Origin: a virus
Taxonomy: Duplodnaviria > Caudoviricetes
IMG/VR virus record: IMGVR_UViG_3300025087_000689
DNA: 64,000 nucleotides
Direction: 5' to 3' (one strand)
Part shown: in pieces, positions 10,204 through 20,017 of the stretch
Numbering within the stretch: position 1 is the first letter of the stretch
Layout: each line of letters starts with the position of its first letter
Notes under the pieces: model-generated
Told to the model about the DNA's origin: nothing
What the model saw: only the letters and a program-made list of their open reading frames with translations
The model's database searches: none
Translations under genes and position numbers: made by a program

Positions 10204-11533
10204 TGGTAACACTTCTATTATTACTTTAACTCCAGGTACAGCTGTTCTGGATTTACGAAATTTGTATACAAATTGGAAAGAATGGATAATCGCTTCTGGT
10301 TCTATGTATACACAGGCGTTCTCTACTATTGGTGGAGAACCAATTGATGTAGTCGAAGGTATTTATATTACCAGTTATTTCTTTTTAGAAAATGGTTGGA
10401 AAATTCGACCACAAGAAGCAAGTCATAAGTTAAAAGTAACCAATGGTGTATTAGTTGTAGCTGATGGTTCTGATCCGTTCTTACAAACACTGGGGGTTTT
10501 TAATGTTCTTGTCCAGTACTCACAACCTATTAAGTCTGAGACTATAGCAACAGGTGGGGGAGGCGGTGGAATAGTTACTTCAATTCAAGAAGCAGCGTTA
10601 ACTCAGATTGTTGATGCTGGTAACTTGGCTGGTTGGAGTGGCGGAGCATCGTCCATAGTAACTGTATCTGGTATAACTCCACAAGCCCTATCGCAGATAG
10701 TGGCTTCTGGTAATGCCGCTGGTTGGGCGTCAGGAGGATCTACTTCCGGCGATTTCATTAATACTATAGATGCCATTTCGGGTATAGTTCAGAATATCTT
10801 AGGTACAACCAGTCAGTTTAGATTTACTGATAATGATGTATGGTGTACTCTTAATGGTGAAAAAGTAGTCGTATTCCGCAACGAGGATAAGACAGGGTAT
10901 ACGATTTTAACAAGTAATCTGGAAGCATTGCTTACTTCTGGTGGTTCACCAACTGCTGAAGCATTGGCTCAGAATACTGGAGGAAGTAGAATGTTTAATA
11001 GAAGAACAGGTAGTAAATTATTCTCTGGTAGATCATCTGGTAGTTCAGGTGCCTCTCAAGGTGAAATAGATCTTCGAGTTGAATTTGCTGAAACTATGTT
11101 TGGCCGAAATGGTAAACCTCAACGTGGTCATTGGGTTGTATATCGTAGATTTGATCTTACAACTAAGAGTGCGAACTTTGATGAAGTCTATAATACAGGT
11201 GTTAATGGACCAGCGTATGCTTTTGCTGATGAACTCGTTATTACAAGACAAGATCCTGTATTCTCTCCAGAGATGGCTGAATCTGCAATGCCAGCTGGAT
11301 TACTAAAAGGTGGGCAGTCCATCTTCTACTTTGAATATGACTTCAGACCAACTCAGAATGATCAGATATATGAATTAGATTGGGATAATCATATGATTAA
11401 ACCACCGACAAGTATATTGAATGGTGTATACACTAAGAGATATAATATTAAAGAGGTCTTCCCCTATAGATTGGACGGAGGAAGAGTAGAATATTATATG
11501 GCTTTTTGCAATACTGACTTAATTAACTATTAA
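10187..11533 (+). CDS. Virion protein with C-terminal head-closure/neck-like domain
   Basis: ATG at 10187 (SD AAAGGTG) is preferred over GTG 10178. C-terminal GHWVVYRRFD...IFYFEYDFRPTQNDQIYELDW...YNIKEVFPYRLDGGRVEYY is a beta-barrel pattern like head-closure proteins. Confidence 0.55.
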   Translation: MGYVFDGNTSIITLTPGTAVLDLRNLYTNWKEWIIASGSMYTQAFSTIGGEPIDVVEGIYITSYFFLENGWKIRPQEASHKLKVTNGVLVVADGSDPFLQTLGVFNVLVQYSQPIKSETIATGGGGGGIVTSIQEAALTQIVDAGNLAGWSGGASSIVTVSGITPQALSQIVASGNAAGWASGGSTSGDFINTIDAISGIVQNILGTTSQFRFTDNDVWCTLNGEKVVVFRNEDKTGYTILTSNLEALLTSGGSPTAEALAQNTGGSRMFNRRTGSKLFSGRSSGSSGASQGEIDLRVEFAETMFGRNGKPQRGHWVVYRRFDLTTKSANFDEVYNTGVNGPAYAFADELVITRQDPVFSPEMAESAMPAGLLKGGQSIFYFEYDFRPTQNDQIYELDWDNHMIKPPTSILNGVYTKRYNIKEVFPYRLDGGRVEYYMAFCNTDLINY

Positions 11534-11539
11534 GAATTT

Positions 11540-11680
11540 ATGATAATATATAAAATAACTAATCTTATAAATGACAAGATTTATGTTGGTAAAGATTCCA
11601 ACGATAACCCTAGTTATTTAAGTTCTGGTCTTCTTATTCAAAAGCAATCAAAAAATATAATAAAGAAAATTTTAAACTAA
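11540..11680 (+). pseudogene. GIY-YIG homing endonuclease remnant 1 (frameshifted, truncated)
   Basis: MIIYKITNLINDKIYVGKDSNDNPSYLSSGLLIQ. Adding one A to the run at 11640-11643 restores KAIKKYNKENFK, the usual continuation in Seg-like GIY-YIG enzymes. Confidence 0.8.
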
Positions 11681-11681
11681 C

Positions 11682-13403
11682 ATGAATGATAATATTATAA
11701 ATCTTTATAGTCCAGATGGTTCTGGAGCTTCAACGGCTGATTTGTTTGCTTTATCTGGTACTCTGCAAACATCTATTTATAACACATCTGGAACCCTAGT
11801 CACTTTAATAGCTAATACTTCTGGAACACTTGATACTGCTATTTATAATGCTTCGGGGTTATTTCTACGGCAAGATGGTACTACTCCTTTAACCGGAGAT
11901 TGGAATGCAGGTGGATATAATATAACTAACAGTGGTAATCTTAGTGTTCGTGATTATATTAGGGTTGGCAATATTACAGACGACGTAGCAAAGGAATGTA
12001 ATGTACTTGGACAAAACTTCGACTCTGGAACAGAGACCGAAGGTTTTAGCATGATTCATGGATGGAATGCTGCATCCAACGCAAACCTATTAGATATTGG
12101 TGGTGGTTCTGCATCATATAATGCAGTGTCATATGTCACCTTTTATACAGCGGCAAATGCTTCAACACGTATTGGAACAGCACGAGGAAGATTTGATGCT
12201 AATGGTTTATTAGATGTTTACTATGGACTAAATGTGCAAGGCGAAGTGACTGCTAGTGGTCTAACGTGTCCACAATATAATTCAGATCTTAATACATTTA
12301 GTGGTCATGTTGGGGTCGGTAGTACTGCCCTAACTAATGCGTCTTTACTCGTCAAAAATATTAGTGTAGTACAGGGTAGTGAAAACTTTTATGGTATATA
12401 TAATTATCATGATAGAGGATCAGGTACTGGTACTTACGCTAACGACATATTAAATCACTATAATTTTTTAAACCTAAGTCAAGTCAATGGAGAGTATGGT
12501 ACAGTTTATGGTATATATAATGAAACTCAATTAGCAGCAGGTACAGTTGGTAGAGTTGGTTTTAATCAAAATTTTTATGGTCAATATACTCTCATGGATA
12601 TGAATGGTGGTACCGTTTGTGGTGTTACTATGGGTACTTATATTAATATGGATATAGAACCCGCAGTATTTTGTTCTGGTCAAATACTAGCTTTACAAGC
12701 TAGAGTAGGACCTGATGGAGATGTGCTTGGTAACGTAACCGGTATTAGAGGTACTGTAGATCAAGCAGCTGGTAAAACTATCACTGGTGATGCATATGCG
12801 ATCCACGCTGATATGGATATAGATGGTACTGTTACTGGTAATACTGTTATGGTTTATATAGAAGAACATTCAAATGTTGACTATGCTATATATCACACCG
12901 GTACAGCACCCAGTGTATTAGGTGGAGATATTAGTGTTAGTGGTAGTCTTCAACTTGGTATTTATACAATAGAAAGAACTTTTAGTGTTGCACTTAGTGA
13001 TTCAGTGGCCGCTACTATATGCACTATAACAACTCCTGATAACCCGTCATACGATGGTGGAGGATATTCAGTATTTATAGATGGACAGGTATTTCATGGG
13101 GGTAATAGTTCAGCAACAAATGCCGCTAAGTGGTTTCAGGTAAAATATTCACATATAAATGACACTACTGGAAACACAGGAGATTCAACACCTGAGATTT
13201 CTTACTCCGCTACATCAGCGGCGGATGCTTCGGCTACGCGTGATATTGGTGTAATTAGTTTTGCTGCGGGTGCAGCTGGTGGTAATTATGTGAGAACTAT
13301 GGATATTACAGCTGATTTTACAGGAACCACAATAATGACAGGTCGAGTAGTAGCACACGTTAAAGTTGTTTACTATGGTTATAGTACTATAACTGTAACG
13401 TAG
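11682..13403 (+). CDS. Tail fibre/spike-like protein
   Basis: 573 aa. N-terminal SGTL coiled-coil repeats, FLRQDGTTPLTGDWNAG motif common in phage fibres, central G/N-rich beta-solenoid-like region. Confidence 0.6.
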   Translation: MNDNIINLYSPDGSGASTADLFALSGTLQTSIYNTSGTLVTLIANTSGTLDTAIYNASGLFLRQDGTTPLTGDWNAGGYNITNSGNLSVRDYIRVGNITDDVAKECNVLGQNFDSGTETEGFSMIHGWNAASNANLLDIGGGSASYNAVSYVTFYTAANASTRIGTARGRFDANGLLDVYYGLNVQGEVTASGLTCPQYNSDLNTFSGHVGVGSTALTNASLLVKNISVVQGSENFYGIYNYHDRGSGTGTYANDILNHYNFLNLSQVNGEYGTVYGIYNETQLAAGTVGRVGFNQNFYGQYTLMDMNGGTVCGVTMGTYINMDIEPAVFCSGQILALQARVGPDGDVLGNVTGIRGTVDQAAGKTITGDAYAIHADMDIDGTVTGNTVMVYIEEHSNVDYAIYHTGTAPSVLGGDISVSGSLQLGIYTIERTFSVALSDSVAATICTITTPDNPSYDGGGYSVFIDGQVFHGGNSSATNAAKWFQVKYSHINDTTGNTGDSTPEISYSATSAADASATRDIGVISFAAGAAGGNYVRTMDITADFTGTTIMTGRVVAHVKVVYYGYSTITVT

Positions 13404-13443
13404 GATGTATTATGACTAGGGGTGGTTATATAAAGGATAAACT

Positions 13444-13603
13444 ATGCTTATCTATAAAAACAACAAATCTAATAAACAATAAGATTTATATCGGTAAAGA
13501 TTCCAATGATAATCCAAATTACGGTAAACGATATAAACATACAAAGGAAACCAAGTTAAAAATATCTAACTCATTGAAAGGTAGATCTAAATGCCTAGTT
13601 TAG
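13444..13603 (+). pseudogene. GIY-YIG/NUMOD3 homing endonuclease remnant 2
   Basis: ATG 13444 with AGGA SD. Removing one A from 13456-13460 gives MLIYKTTNLINNKIYIGKDSNDNPNY joined directly to NUMOD3-like HTKETKLKISNSLKG, so the catalytic middle is deleted. The listed ORF 13412..13603 reads the downstream part. Confidence 0.8.
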
Positions 13604-14004
13604 GTGAAGCTGTAATTGAAGACAATCCGCTACCTTTATGGAAGTCTATACTTCTAAATGGTATAGGTATTACTGGATTAATAATGCAGATAACTATTCA
13701 AAGGGATTCAGATAGTTACTATTGGCAAAATACAACATGGGGTGTATCAGATTATATAATGCCTATGACTGAAGTTAGCCCTGTAAATAATCCTGGTTTA
13801 TACACTTGGGATACAGATACGTCTGGATTTCTAGGTACTTGGACTAGAACAGGATTTAATGTTAAATATTATGCTTCAGGAGTTATTAACTTCACCCAAT
13901 CATATTTTTCAGTAGCTTCTTATGATGATGAGTCAGACGCCCAAGATTTAAGACGTTTATTAAAGATAACTAGGAATACACTTAAAAACGTTAAAAATAA
14001 GTAA
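13591..14004 (+). CDS. Hypothetical virion protein
   Basis: 137-aa ORF within the operon, overlapping the remnant's stop. Confidence 0.6.
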   Translation: MPSLGEAVIEDNPLPLWKSILLNGIGITGLIMQITIQRDSDSYYWQNTTWGVSDYIMPMTEVSPVNNPGLYTWDTDTSGFLGTWTRTGFNVKYYASGVINFTQSYFSVASYDDESDAQDLRRLLKITRNTLKNVKNK

Positions 14005-14008
14005 CATA

Positions 14009-14037
14009 TTGAATTTAATGAAGAAATAAGGTATAAT
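14009..14037 (+). promoter_or_regulatory. sigma70-like promoter
   Basis: TTGAAT-N17-TATAAT in the intergenic gap upstream of the tail terminator/sheath/tube genes. Confidence 0.7.
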
Positions 14038-14052
14038 ATTACAGGGTGGTGC

Positions 14053-14907
14053 ATGGCGGATCAACTAATAAAACAGATAGTCTTTGACATTGAAAATCCT
14101 ATCCGCCGCATGTGGATTAAGGAACAAGGCTCTGATAGATTAATTAGTCTCGGTCAGATCCAGACTATCAACGAATTAGTCAGGGTTATGTGGCAAGCCC
14201 TTCAAATACATAGACCTACATTAGTTTTCGAACCAGCATATCCAACCTACATTTTGGATAAAGCGGATGCTGATATCAAGTTAGCTGGTGCTCCAGCTCC
14301 TGCTATTCCAGATGAGATAATTACATGGAATGTAATTAGACGAGCTCCAGGTAGTATAGATCATACCGCTTTTGCTAAATCGCGGGAAATAAGACCCCGG
14401 ATGCGTGAAGAGATGGTTTACGATATAGTTAAGAATATAGATAATGGCGAACCTGAAATGCAAGAAGGGCCAGGTCAAGTAGGTCCAGATAAAGAATTAT
14501 CGCGGGTTGTAGGAAGACAAATTGAAGGACAATGGTTTGATAACCTAATCCAGTTTGACATTTGGAGCAGGGATAATCATAAAGCTGAAATGTTATGTGA
14601 TTATCTAGAAAACTTTATGCATGACTTCCATGGCATGTTCATAGAGTTAGGTGTTAATAAGATGCATTTCCATTCTAGGTTAAGGGACGAATTTCTCTTA
14701 AAATGGAGAAATGGCTTATGTAATCGCAGTATCATATTTTACGTGAGAACTGAAACTGTAAGATCTGGTGCTGTGAGAGAAATAAGGAAAATTCACGTTA
14801 ACGCTGAGATAAGAACCTATCTCGAAGATATTGGTAAGACCGGACTTGGTGCGTTTATAGAGTCTGGTCGTAACATGATCATCGATAAATGGGTCAAACC
14901 TCAGTAA
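14053..14907 (+). CDS. Putative tail terminator/completion protein
   Basis: WFDNLIQFDIWSRDNHKAEMLCDYLENFM pattern. Immediately upstream of the sheath. Confidence 0.6.
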   Translation: MADQLIKQIVFDIENPIRRMWIKEQGSDRLISLGQIQTINELVRVMWQALQIHRPTLVFEPAYPTYILDKADADIKLAGAPAPAIPDEIITWNVIRRAPGSIDHTAFAKSREIRPRMREEMVYDIVKNIDNGEPEMQEGPGQVGPDKELSRVVGRQIEGQWFDNLIQFDIWSRDNHKAEMLCDYLENFMHDFHGMFIELGVNKMHFHSRLRDEFLLKWRNGLCNRSIIFYVRTETVRSGAVREIRKIHVNAEIRTYLEDIGKTGLGAFIESGRNMIIDKWVKPQ

Positions 14908-14924
14908 AATTAAGGAGGTTCTAG

Positions 14925-17795
14925 ATGGCTCTTCCTGGAGTAACATCAGACATTAGAGATTATGGTCTGCAGGTGTCACCTGAGCCCCAAGTAAGAAATG
15001 ATAGTATTCTAATCATCGGCACAGCCGCTGACGGCCCGATGTACGAACCAATCCCACTTTCGAGCAAAGACGTTGCTCAAAAGGTTTTCGGTTCTTTTAA
15101 CGCCGGTACTCTTGTTCGTGGAGTGTTCGAAGCAATCGACGCTACCCTAGAGGGAACCCCAGACGTTAGAGGTATGCGAATTGGTGATGGAAAGAAAGCG
15201 AAACTCGAAATCGCGGAAAGACTATCAACTTCAGCTTACTGGGACGCGGTAACAACTGGAACTACATCTCTTAAATTAGAAGCTGTTTATGCTGGTTCTA
15301 AGTATAACGCTGTCTCTGTCTTCATAGATGAAGAAAAGATGATCAACGTTTATAACCCAAAAACCGGTCTTTATAGCCGTTTTAGTTATGACGACACAAA
15401 TCCTTATAATTCATTAGTTGATGCTCGTAACGTTCGTGAACTTGCAGAAGTGATCAATAGTGATCCTAATATAAGTTCTGTCGTGGTAGCATCCACTTCT
15501 GGAGTACAGGCTACTTTCGAAGTTCTAGTAAATTCAGCGAGTAACGGCGTTTCAAACGCTGGTGGTACTAAAGCACAGTTTGATCTAAAAAAGATGCTTT
15601 CTGGTTATGCTATTGCCACCCCTGGTGACGTTCTTCCTACTGGTTATATCTTCGAAGCAGAAGTATCGAATACAGCTGGCAATCTTATCGATAATCTAGA
15701 GGAGGTTTTCTCTATTTCTGTATCGACTCCAACACTCTTCGAAGTGAAAGGAACAACGACCGCAGAATTACTATTGACTCCTTTTGATGGTAAGGGTGAT
15801 TCCCGTTTTGATACAATACAAGCTATGGAAGATTACGACGATGATAACTTCTACTTCGTAACACCTTCTGGTAGTAATGTAGTATCTGAATATATGAATC
15901 TGTTAGATAGAGAAGTATTGCCGGATGTTACAACAGCTGTCAGTATTACTGGTTGGGTTGGTGAATTTGCTGCAAAAGGTTTTCAACTTCCACCTGATGA
16001 CAGTCAAGAAACACTTGTTAGTGGACACGCCAATTATAGCCAGACTGTCACTACAGCTTATGGAACAGGTAATACAGCTGATGTAAGTGGTAATCATGCA
16101 TGTATGGCTCTTGCCGCTGCTAGAGCTGTAAGTGGTTATTATGTTCCTAGAGGATACGTCTATACGGATGTATCAGGAATACCTGCTACAATCGCAGATT
16201 ATGTTAGAATAACGGCCAGTGGTATTGAGTCTTATCTTGATTATCCTGGCAAGGTTATTATAGCTGTATCAAGTACTGGTGGCACATCTGATTCTGAGTG
16301 GACTACACTTCTTTATCATACTGTCTCTGGTATTTATTGCAGTGGTTTTGTATATGATACTGTAACAGGTACTGGCACATTAAGTCTTGCAATCGGTAAT
16401 CAAGCTCTTAATTATTCTGGAAGTAACAGTCTAATTAGTGCTGGTCTTATTACTGCTTCTGGTATGGTTGTGGCTGATAAGTATCTACGTATTAGTTGTA
16501 ATACGATTAAAGGTTTCTTAAGTGAAGCTGAAACATTACCTAACCTACAAGCTGCTAATTCGGATTGGACAACTTACTTTGTAAGAGGGCAACAACTTTT
16601 ATTCTCGGATACAGTTCCTTTTGATATTATTGTCAATTATGGCACTAAAGTCAATTACGAACCAAATTCAGATATTGTTGTTACAGATCCTACACTCGGT
16701 ATTCTGAAAATCGTTAGTGATACTCAACCTGGACCTGGTGGAGAAGTTTTAGATGGTACAAAGAAATCAGTTATTGGTTTTAAGTACAAATATCTGCCTC
16801 AGTTTCCTGCAATCACTACAGCTGCTCAGTCTCTTGAAGGTGGAACAGATGGAACAAAGTTGAATAATGCTAAGTTGTATGATGAATTCGCAACAACTTA
16901 TGACGCTCTTGAGAACTATGAAGCTCGGGTTGTGGTACCTATGGGTGCTTTTATCGATTCTGAGAAAGATAGTTATAATTCCATCACAGGTTTACCTGAG
17001 AGAGTTAATGCCCAGTTCCAAGTACAACTGAAAAATTACTTGAAGAAAGTATCAGTTAATACTAGAGAAACTATCGGTGTTATGGGTTCTGTCCCTGCTC
17101 CAGGAACAACACTACTTGAAGTTAAACGGTTTGTAGATCGTCTATCGGTTCAGGATCTTAATGATCCAAATCGCGGTGCGAATATTATGCCTCTTCTGGA
17201 TGCGTTTCATATTAACGTATGTACGTTTGAACCTGTATTTGATAACCTTGGTGGGTTACCTTATACAGCTAATGGACAAGCTTCGTATGCTGGTATGATT
17301 TCAAGTCTTGATGCTCATCAGTCACCAACAAACAAGTCTATACCAAATGCTCTACGTATGCGGTATGATCTGTCTAATGCCCAACTGGAAGCTCTCCAGG
17401 GTATGCGTATGGTTGCTATGAGAAAGAAACCTGGGCGTAATCCTGTTGTATGTGATGCTATGACAGCTGCAGCGGCTGGTTCTGATTTTGTTCGTCTAAC
17501 TACTGTTCGTATTACTTTCGAGGCGATGGATGTCGTTCGTAAAGTATGTGATCCGTTTATTGGACAACCTAATACAGCGGCTAAGAGAAATGCGATGGAA
17601 GCTGCGATCACGAAGGGATTGTCTGCATTGGTTGATCTTGGTGCACTAAGAAAGTATGCGTTCACTGTATCTTCATCTGTTACACAACAGGTGCTTGGTA
17701 TTGTCGATATTGAACTGGTATTAGTACCTGTGTTCGAGATTAGAACAATTAGAACAGTCGTTAAACTTCGGACTGAAATTCCGTCAAACGGATAA
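14925..17795 (+). CDS. Tail sheath protein
   Basis: N-terminal LPGV..I.D and ILIIGTAADGP. C-terminal RLTTVRI...DPFIGQPN...IDIELVLVPVFEIRTIRTVV is the sheath C-terminal signature. AGGAGG SD. Confidence 0.9.
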   Translation: MALPGVTSDIRDYGLQVSPEPQVRNDSILIIGTAADGPMYEPIPLSSKDVAQKVFGSFNAGTLVRGVFEAIDATLEGTPDVRGMRIGDGKKAKLEIAERLSTSAYWDAVTTGTTSLKLEAVYAGSKYNAVSVFIDEEKMINVYNPKTGLYSRFSYDDTNPYNSLVDARNVRELAEVINSDPNISSVVVASTSGVQATFEVLVNSASNGVSNAGGTKAQFDLKKMLSGYAIATPGDVLPTGYIFEAEVSNTAGNLIDNLEEVFSISVSTPTLFEVKGTTTAELLLTPFDGKGDSRFDTIQAMEDYDDDNFYFVTPSGSNVVSEYMNLLDREVLPDVTTAVSITGWVGEFAAKGFQLPPDDSQETLVSGHANYSQTVTTAYGTGNTADVSGNHACMALAAARAVSGYYVPRGYVYTDVSGIPATIADYVRITASGIESYLDYPGKVIIAVSSTGGTSDSEWTTLLYHTVSGIYCSGFVYDTVTGTGTLSLAIGNQALNYSGSNSLISAGLITASGMVVADKYLRISCNTIKGFLSEAETLPNLQAANSDWTTYFVRGQQLLFSDTVPFDIIVNYGTKVNYEPNSDIVVTDPTLGILKIVSDTQPGPGGEVLDGTKKSVIGFKYKYLPQFPAITTAAQSLEGGTDGTKLNNAKLYDEFATTYDALENYEARVVVPMGAFIDSEKDSYNSITGLPERVNAQFQVQLKNYLKKVSVNTRETIGVMGSVPAPGTTLLEVKRFVDRLSVQDLNDPNRGANIMPLLDAFHINVCTFEPVFDNLGGLPYTANGQASYAGMISSLDAHQSPTNKSIPNALRMRYDLSNAQLEALQGMRMVAMRKKPGRNPVVCDAMTAAAAGSDFVRLTTVRITFEAMDVVRKVCDPFIGQPNTAAKRNAMEAAITKGLSALVDLGALRKYAFTVSSSVTQQVLGIVDIELVLVPVFEIRTIRTVVKLRTEIPSNG

Positions 17796-17806
17796 GGGAG
17801 GTATAA

Positions 17807-18487
17807 ATGGCTATTCTAAGTGAAAAAGTAACACAAACATATACTTCAATGTCGGGTTGTGATATTCAAGCTTTCATAGAGAGTGCCCTGCTTGGAAACA
17901 TCCAGGGTGTCTCTTTCTCTATAACAAGAGAAAAGGCTCCTATCTATGTTATGGGTCATGCTGATCCTGTATCATTCTCACGCGGTAAGCGTGGTATCGC
18001 AGGTTCTCTGATCTTTACTAACTTTGATAGAGAAGCACTCTACGATGTAAAGAAAAGTAGCACACTTGATCTGATGTATTATAAGAAAAACTTTGATATT
18101 GCAGCTGGTGGAAGATCTTACGATCTTCTAAATACATCTGGTATTGAAGCTTCCAAATCTCTTGAGGGTGCAAGAGCTGTAGCAAACTACAGTGATCAGC
18201 TCCCTCCTTTCTCAATCGTGCTTACCGGTGCGAATGAGTATGGTTCGACTATGTGGATGGCGATCCTTGGATGCGAACTTCTGAATGAAGGTGCAGGTCT
18301 TTCAATTGACGATATCGTTAATGAAACACAGATGACCTTCGTTGCAAGAGGTGTCATTCCTTGGCAACCTAAGACAACGAATCAGGATTGGAATCAGCTT
18401 ACTGAATCAGCACTGAATAAGTTTGCAAATACAGAAGCGTCGAGATCTATCGACAACTTCGAGTTAGTAAATGCACAGAATGCGTAA
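17807..18487 (+). CDS. Tail tube protein
   Basis: Directly after sheath. SGCDI...SFSITREKAPIYVMG...SRGKRGIAGSLIF motifs. Followed by a terminator. Confidence 0.8.
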   Translation: MAILSEKVTQTYTSMSGCDIQAFIESALLGNIQGVSFSITREKAPIYVMGHADPVSFSRGKRGIAGSLIFTNFDREALYDVKKSSTLDLMYYKKNFDIAAGGRSYDLLNTSGIEASKSLEGARAVANYSDQLPPFSIVLTGANEYGSTMWMAILGCELLNEGAGLSIDDIVNETQMTFVARGVIPWQPKTTNQDWNQLTESALNKFANTEASRSIDNFELVNAQNA

Positions 18488-18496
18488 TTAAGGGTT

Positions 18497-18533
18497 AGTA
18501 GAGGGGTATTACAACCCCTCTACTCTCTTTTTC
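18497..18533 (+). terminator. Rho-independent terminator after tail tube gene
   Basis: AGTAGAGGGGT (18497-18507) / ACCCCTCTACT (18514-18524), then CTCTTTTTCT. Confidence 0.85.
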
Positions 18534-18534
18534 T

Positions 18535-19929
18535 ATGGCTAGTACTATCTATAAGACTAATCCGACACCTGAAGAAATTGAGCGTATTACAGCTGAACAC
18601 GAAGCAGCTAAAGCAAAACAAGAAAAAGCTTCTTACGGGGATGATGGTGCTGGTCTTTTTAATTTAGCTGATGAACCCACACCATTTTATGGGTTTACTG
18701 AAAATGAATGGTTAGGATTCTCCGAAACATATAGACGTGGAGTTAGAGACTGGGCTCATGAACAAGCTAGTGTATCTATAACTGCACATGAAGCACAAGC
18801 GTGGACTGATTATATATCTGGTGTGGATTCACCAGCTGTTTTAGACGCGATTTTTGGTCGTTCTTATAAATATAAAGCATTCTTTCAGAATGTTAGAGAT
18901 GCGGGTAATAGAGATCACTTCCAAGTCGCAGAAAATGAACGTAATGCTATAACAGGTGCCAAAGGTTATATTAATCCGGGCAGTATAGCCAATCTAAGTG
19001 ATCTTCAAACCAAACTAGTAAGAGACAGTAATTCATATTCTGGTTGTGATATCACTGCGTCTCTTACAATCGGTGGAAAGACCTTTGTACTAGGTAATCT
19101 TAGTACTATCACATATAGTATTCATAGAGACAAAGTTCCTGTTAGAACACTAGGTAGAACATATGCCAAATCGTATGTATCTGGTGCAGCTACCATCGCC
19201 GGTACTTTAATCTTTACTGTCTTTGATACTCATGTTCTTGATGCTGTAAGACAAGAAGTAGTATCAGAAGTTCAAGCTGCGAGAGGACAAAGTTCTCCAT
19301 TAACACAACAATTACCACCATTTGATGTTACTATTTTCTATCGGAATGAGTATGGTCATGCATCATACATGAGAATCTATGGTATAGAAATTACAGATGA
19401 GGCACAAGGTCATAGTATAAATGATATCTATACTGAGAATCAAATGCAATATGTTGCGAGGGATATCGATCTAATGTGTAAAGTAGGTTCTCAGTTTACA
19501 CCTCAAGCATTAGCTGCTGGTAATAATACTATGTTTACTCAGAGGAATCTATCTACCCCAGCATTTAAATTACAACATCTACAATACAATGAGAATCGTA
19601 TCGGTGAGTTACAGATCGATCTCGCCAGAATGAATAATGAAATTAATGTCCTGGGTTCTAGACTTGCAGAATTGGCGAAGTCCACTCCATCAGCTGAAGT
19701 AACTAATTTAACTGCCGCGTATACAATACAGAAGGCAAATCTGACGAGTGAAGCAGCAAAAAAATTATCAGAGATAACCAATCTACAAAAAGATAATTCA
19801 AAACTAACTTCAAGTGAATCTGATATAGATGAAGCTGCTGTTAGATATGGTTCTAATTTCTCATCTGGAAGAGATGATCCATATGCTCTCTCTAGAGGAC
19901 CTCTATTACAAGTTAAACCAGGGAACTAA
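18535..19929 (+). CDS. Tail-tube paralogue 2 with N- and C-terminal extensions
   Basis: The central domain aligns by eye with the tube: SGCDI, YSIHRDKVP, IAGTLIFTVFD, QLPPF, NEYG, YVARDI. C-terminal coiled coil. Confidence 0.75.
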   Translation: MASTIYKTNPTPEEIERITAEHEAAKAKQEKASYGDDGAGLFNLADEPTPFYGFTENEWLGFSETYRRGVRDWAHEQASVSITAHEAQAWTDYISGVDSPAVLDAIFGRSYKYKAFFQNVRDAGNRDHFQVAENERNAITGAKGYINPGSIANLSDLQTKLVRDSNSYSGCDITASLTIGGKTFVLGNLSTITYSIHRDKVPVRTLGRTYAKSYVSGAATIAGTLIFTVFDTHVLDAVRQEVVSEVQAARGQSSPLTQQLPPFDVTIFYRNEYGHASYMRIYGIEITDEAQGHSINDIYTENQMQYVARDIDLMCKVGSQFTPQALAAGNNTMFTQRNLSTPAFKLQHLQYNENRIGELQIDLARMNNEINVLGSRLAELAKSTPSAEVTNLTAAYTIQKANLTSEAAKKLSEITNLQKDNSKLTSSESDIDEAAVRYGSNFSSGRDDPYALSRGPLLQVKPGN

Positions 19930-19951
19930 TAACTTATTGATATCTCAGTAG

Positions 19952-19978
19952 ATAGACACTATATAGGTGTCTATTTTT
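19952..19978 (+). terminator. Probable Rho-independent terminator
   Basis: ATAGACAC / GTGTCTAT inverted repeat followed by a T-run. Confidence 0.7.
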
Positions 19979-19981
19979 GTT

Positions 19982-20010
19982 TGGAATGATATACGATAAT
20001 AAAGTATAAT
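19982..20010 (+). promoter_or_regulatory. sigma70-like promoter
   Basis: TGGAAT-N17-TATAAT immediately after the terminator. Confidence 0.6.
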
Positions 20011-20017
20011 ATAGTAT

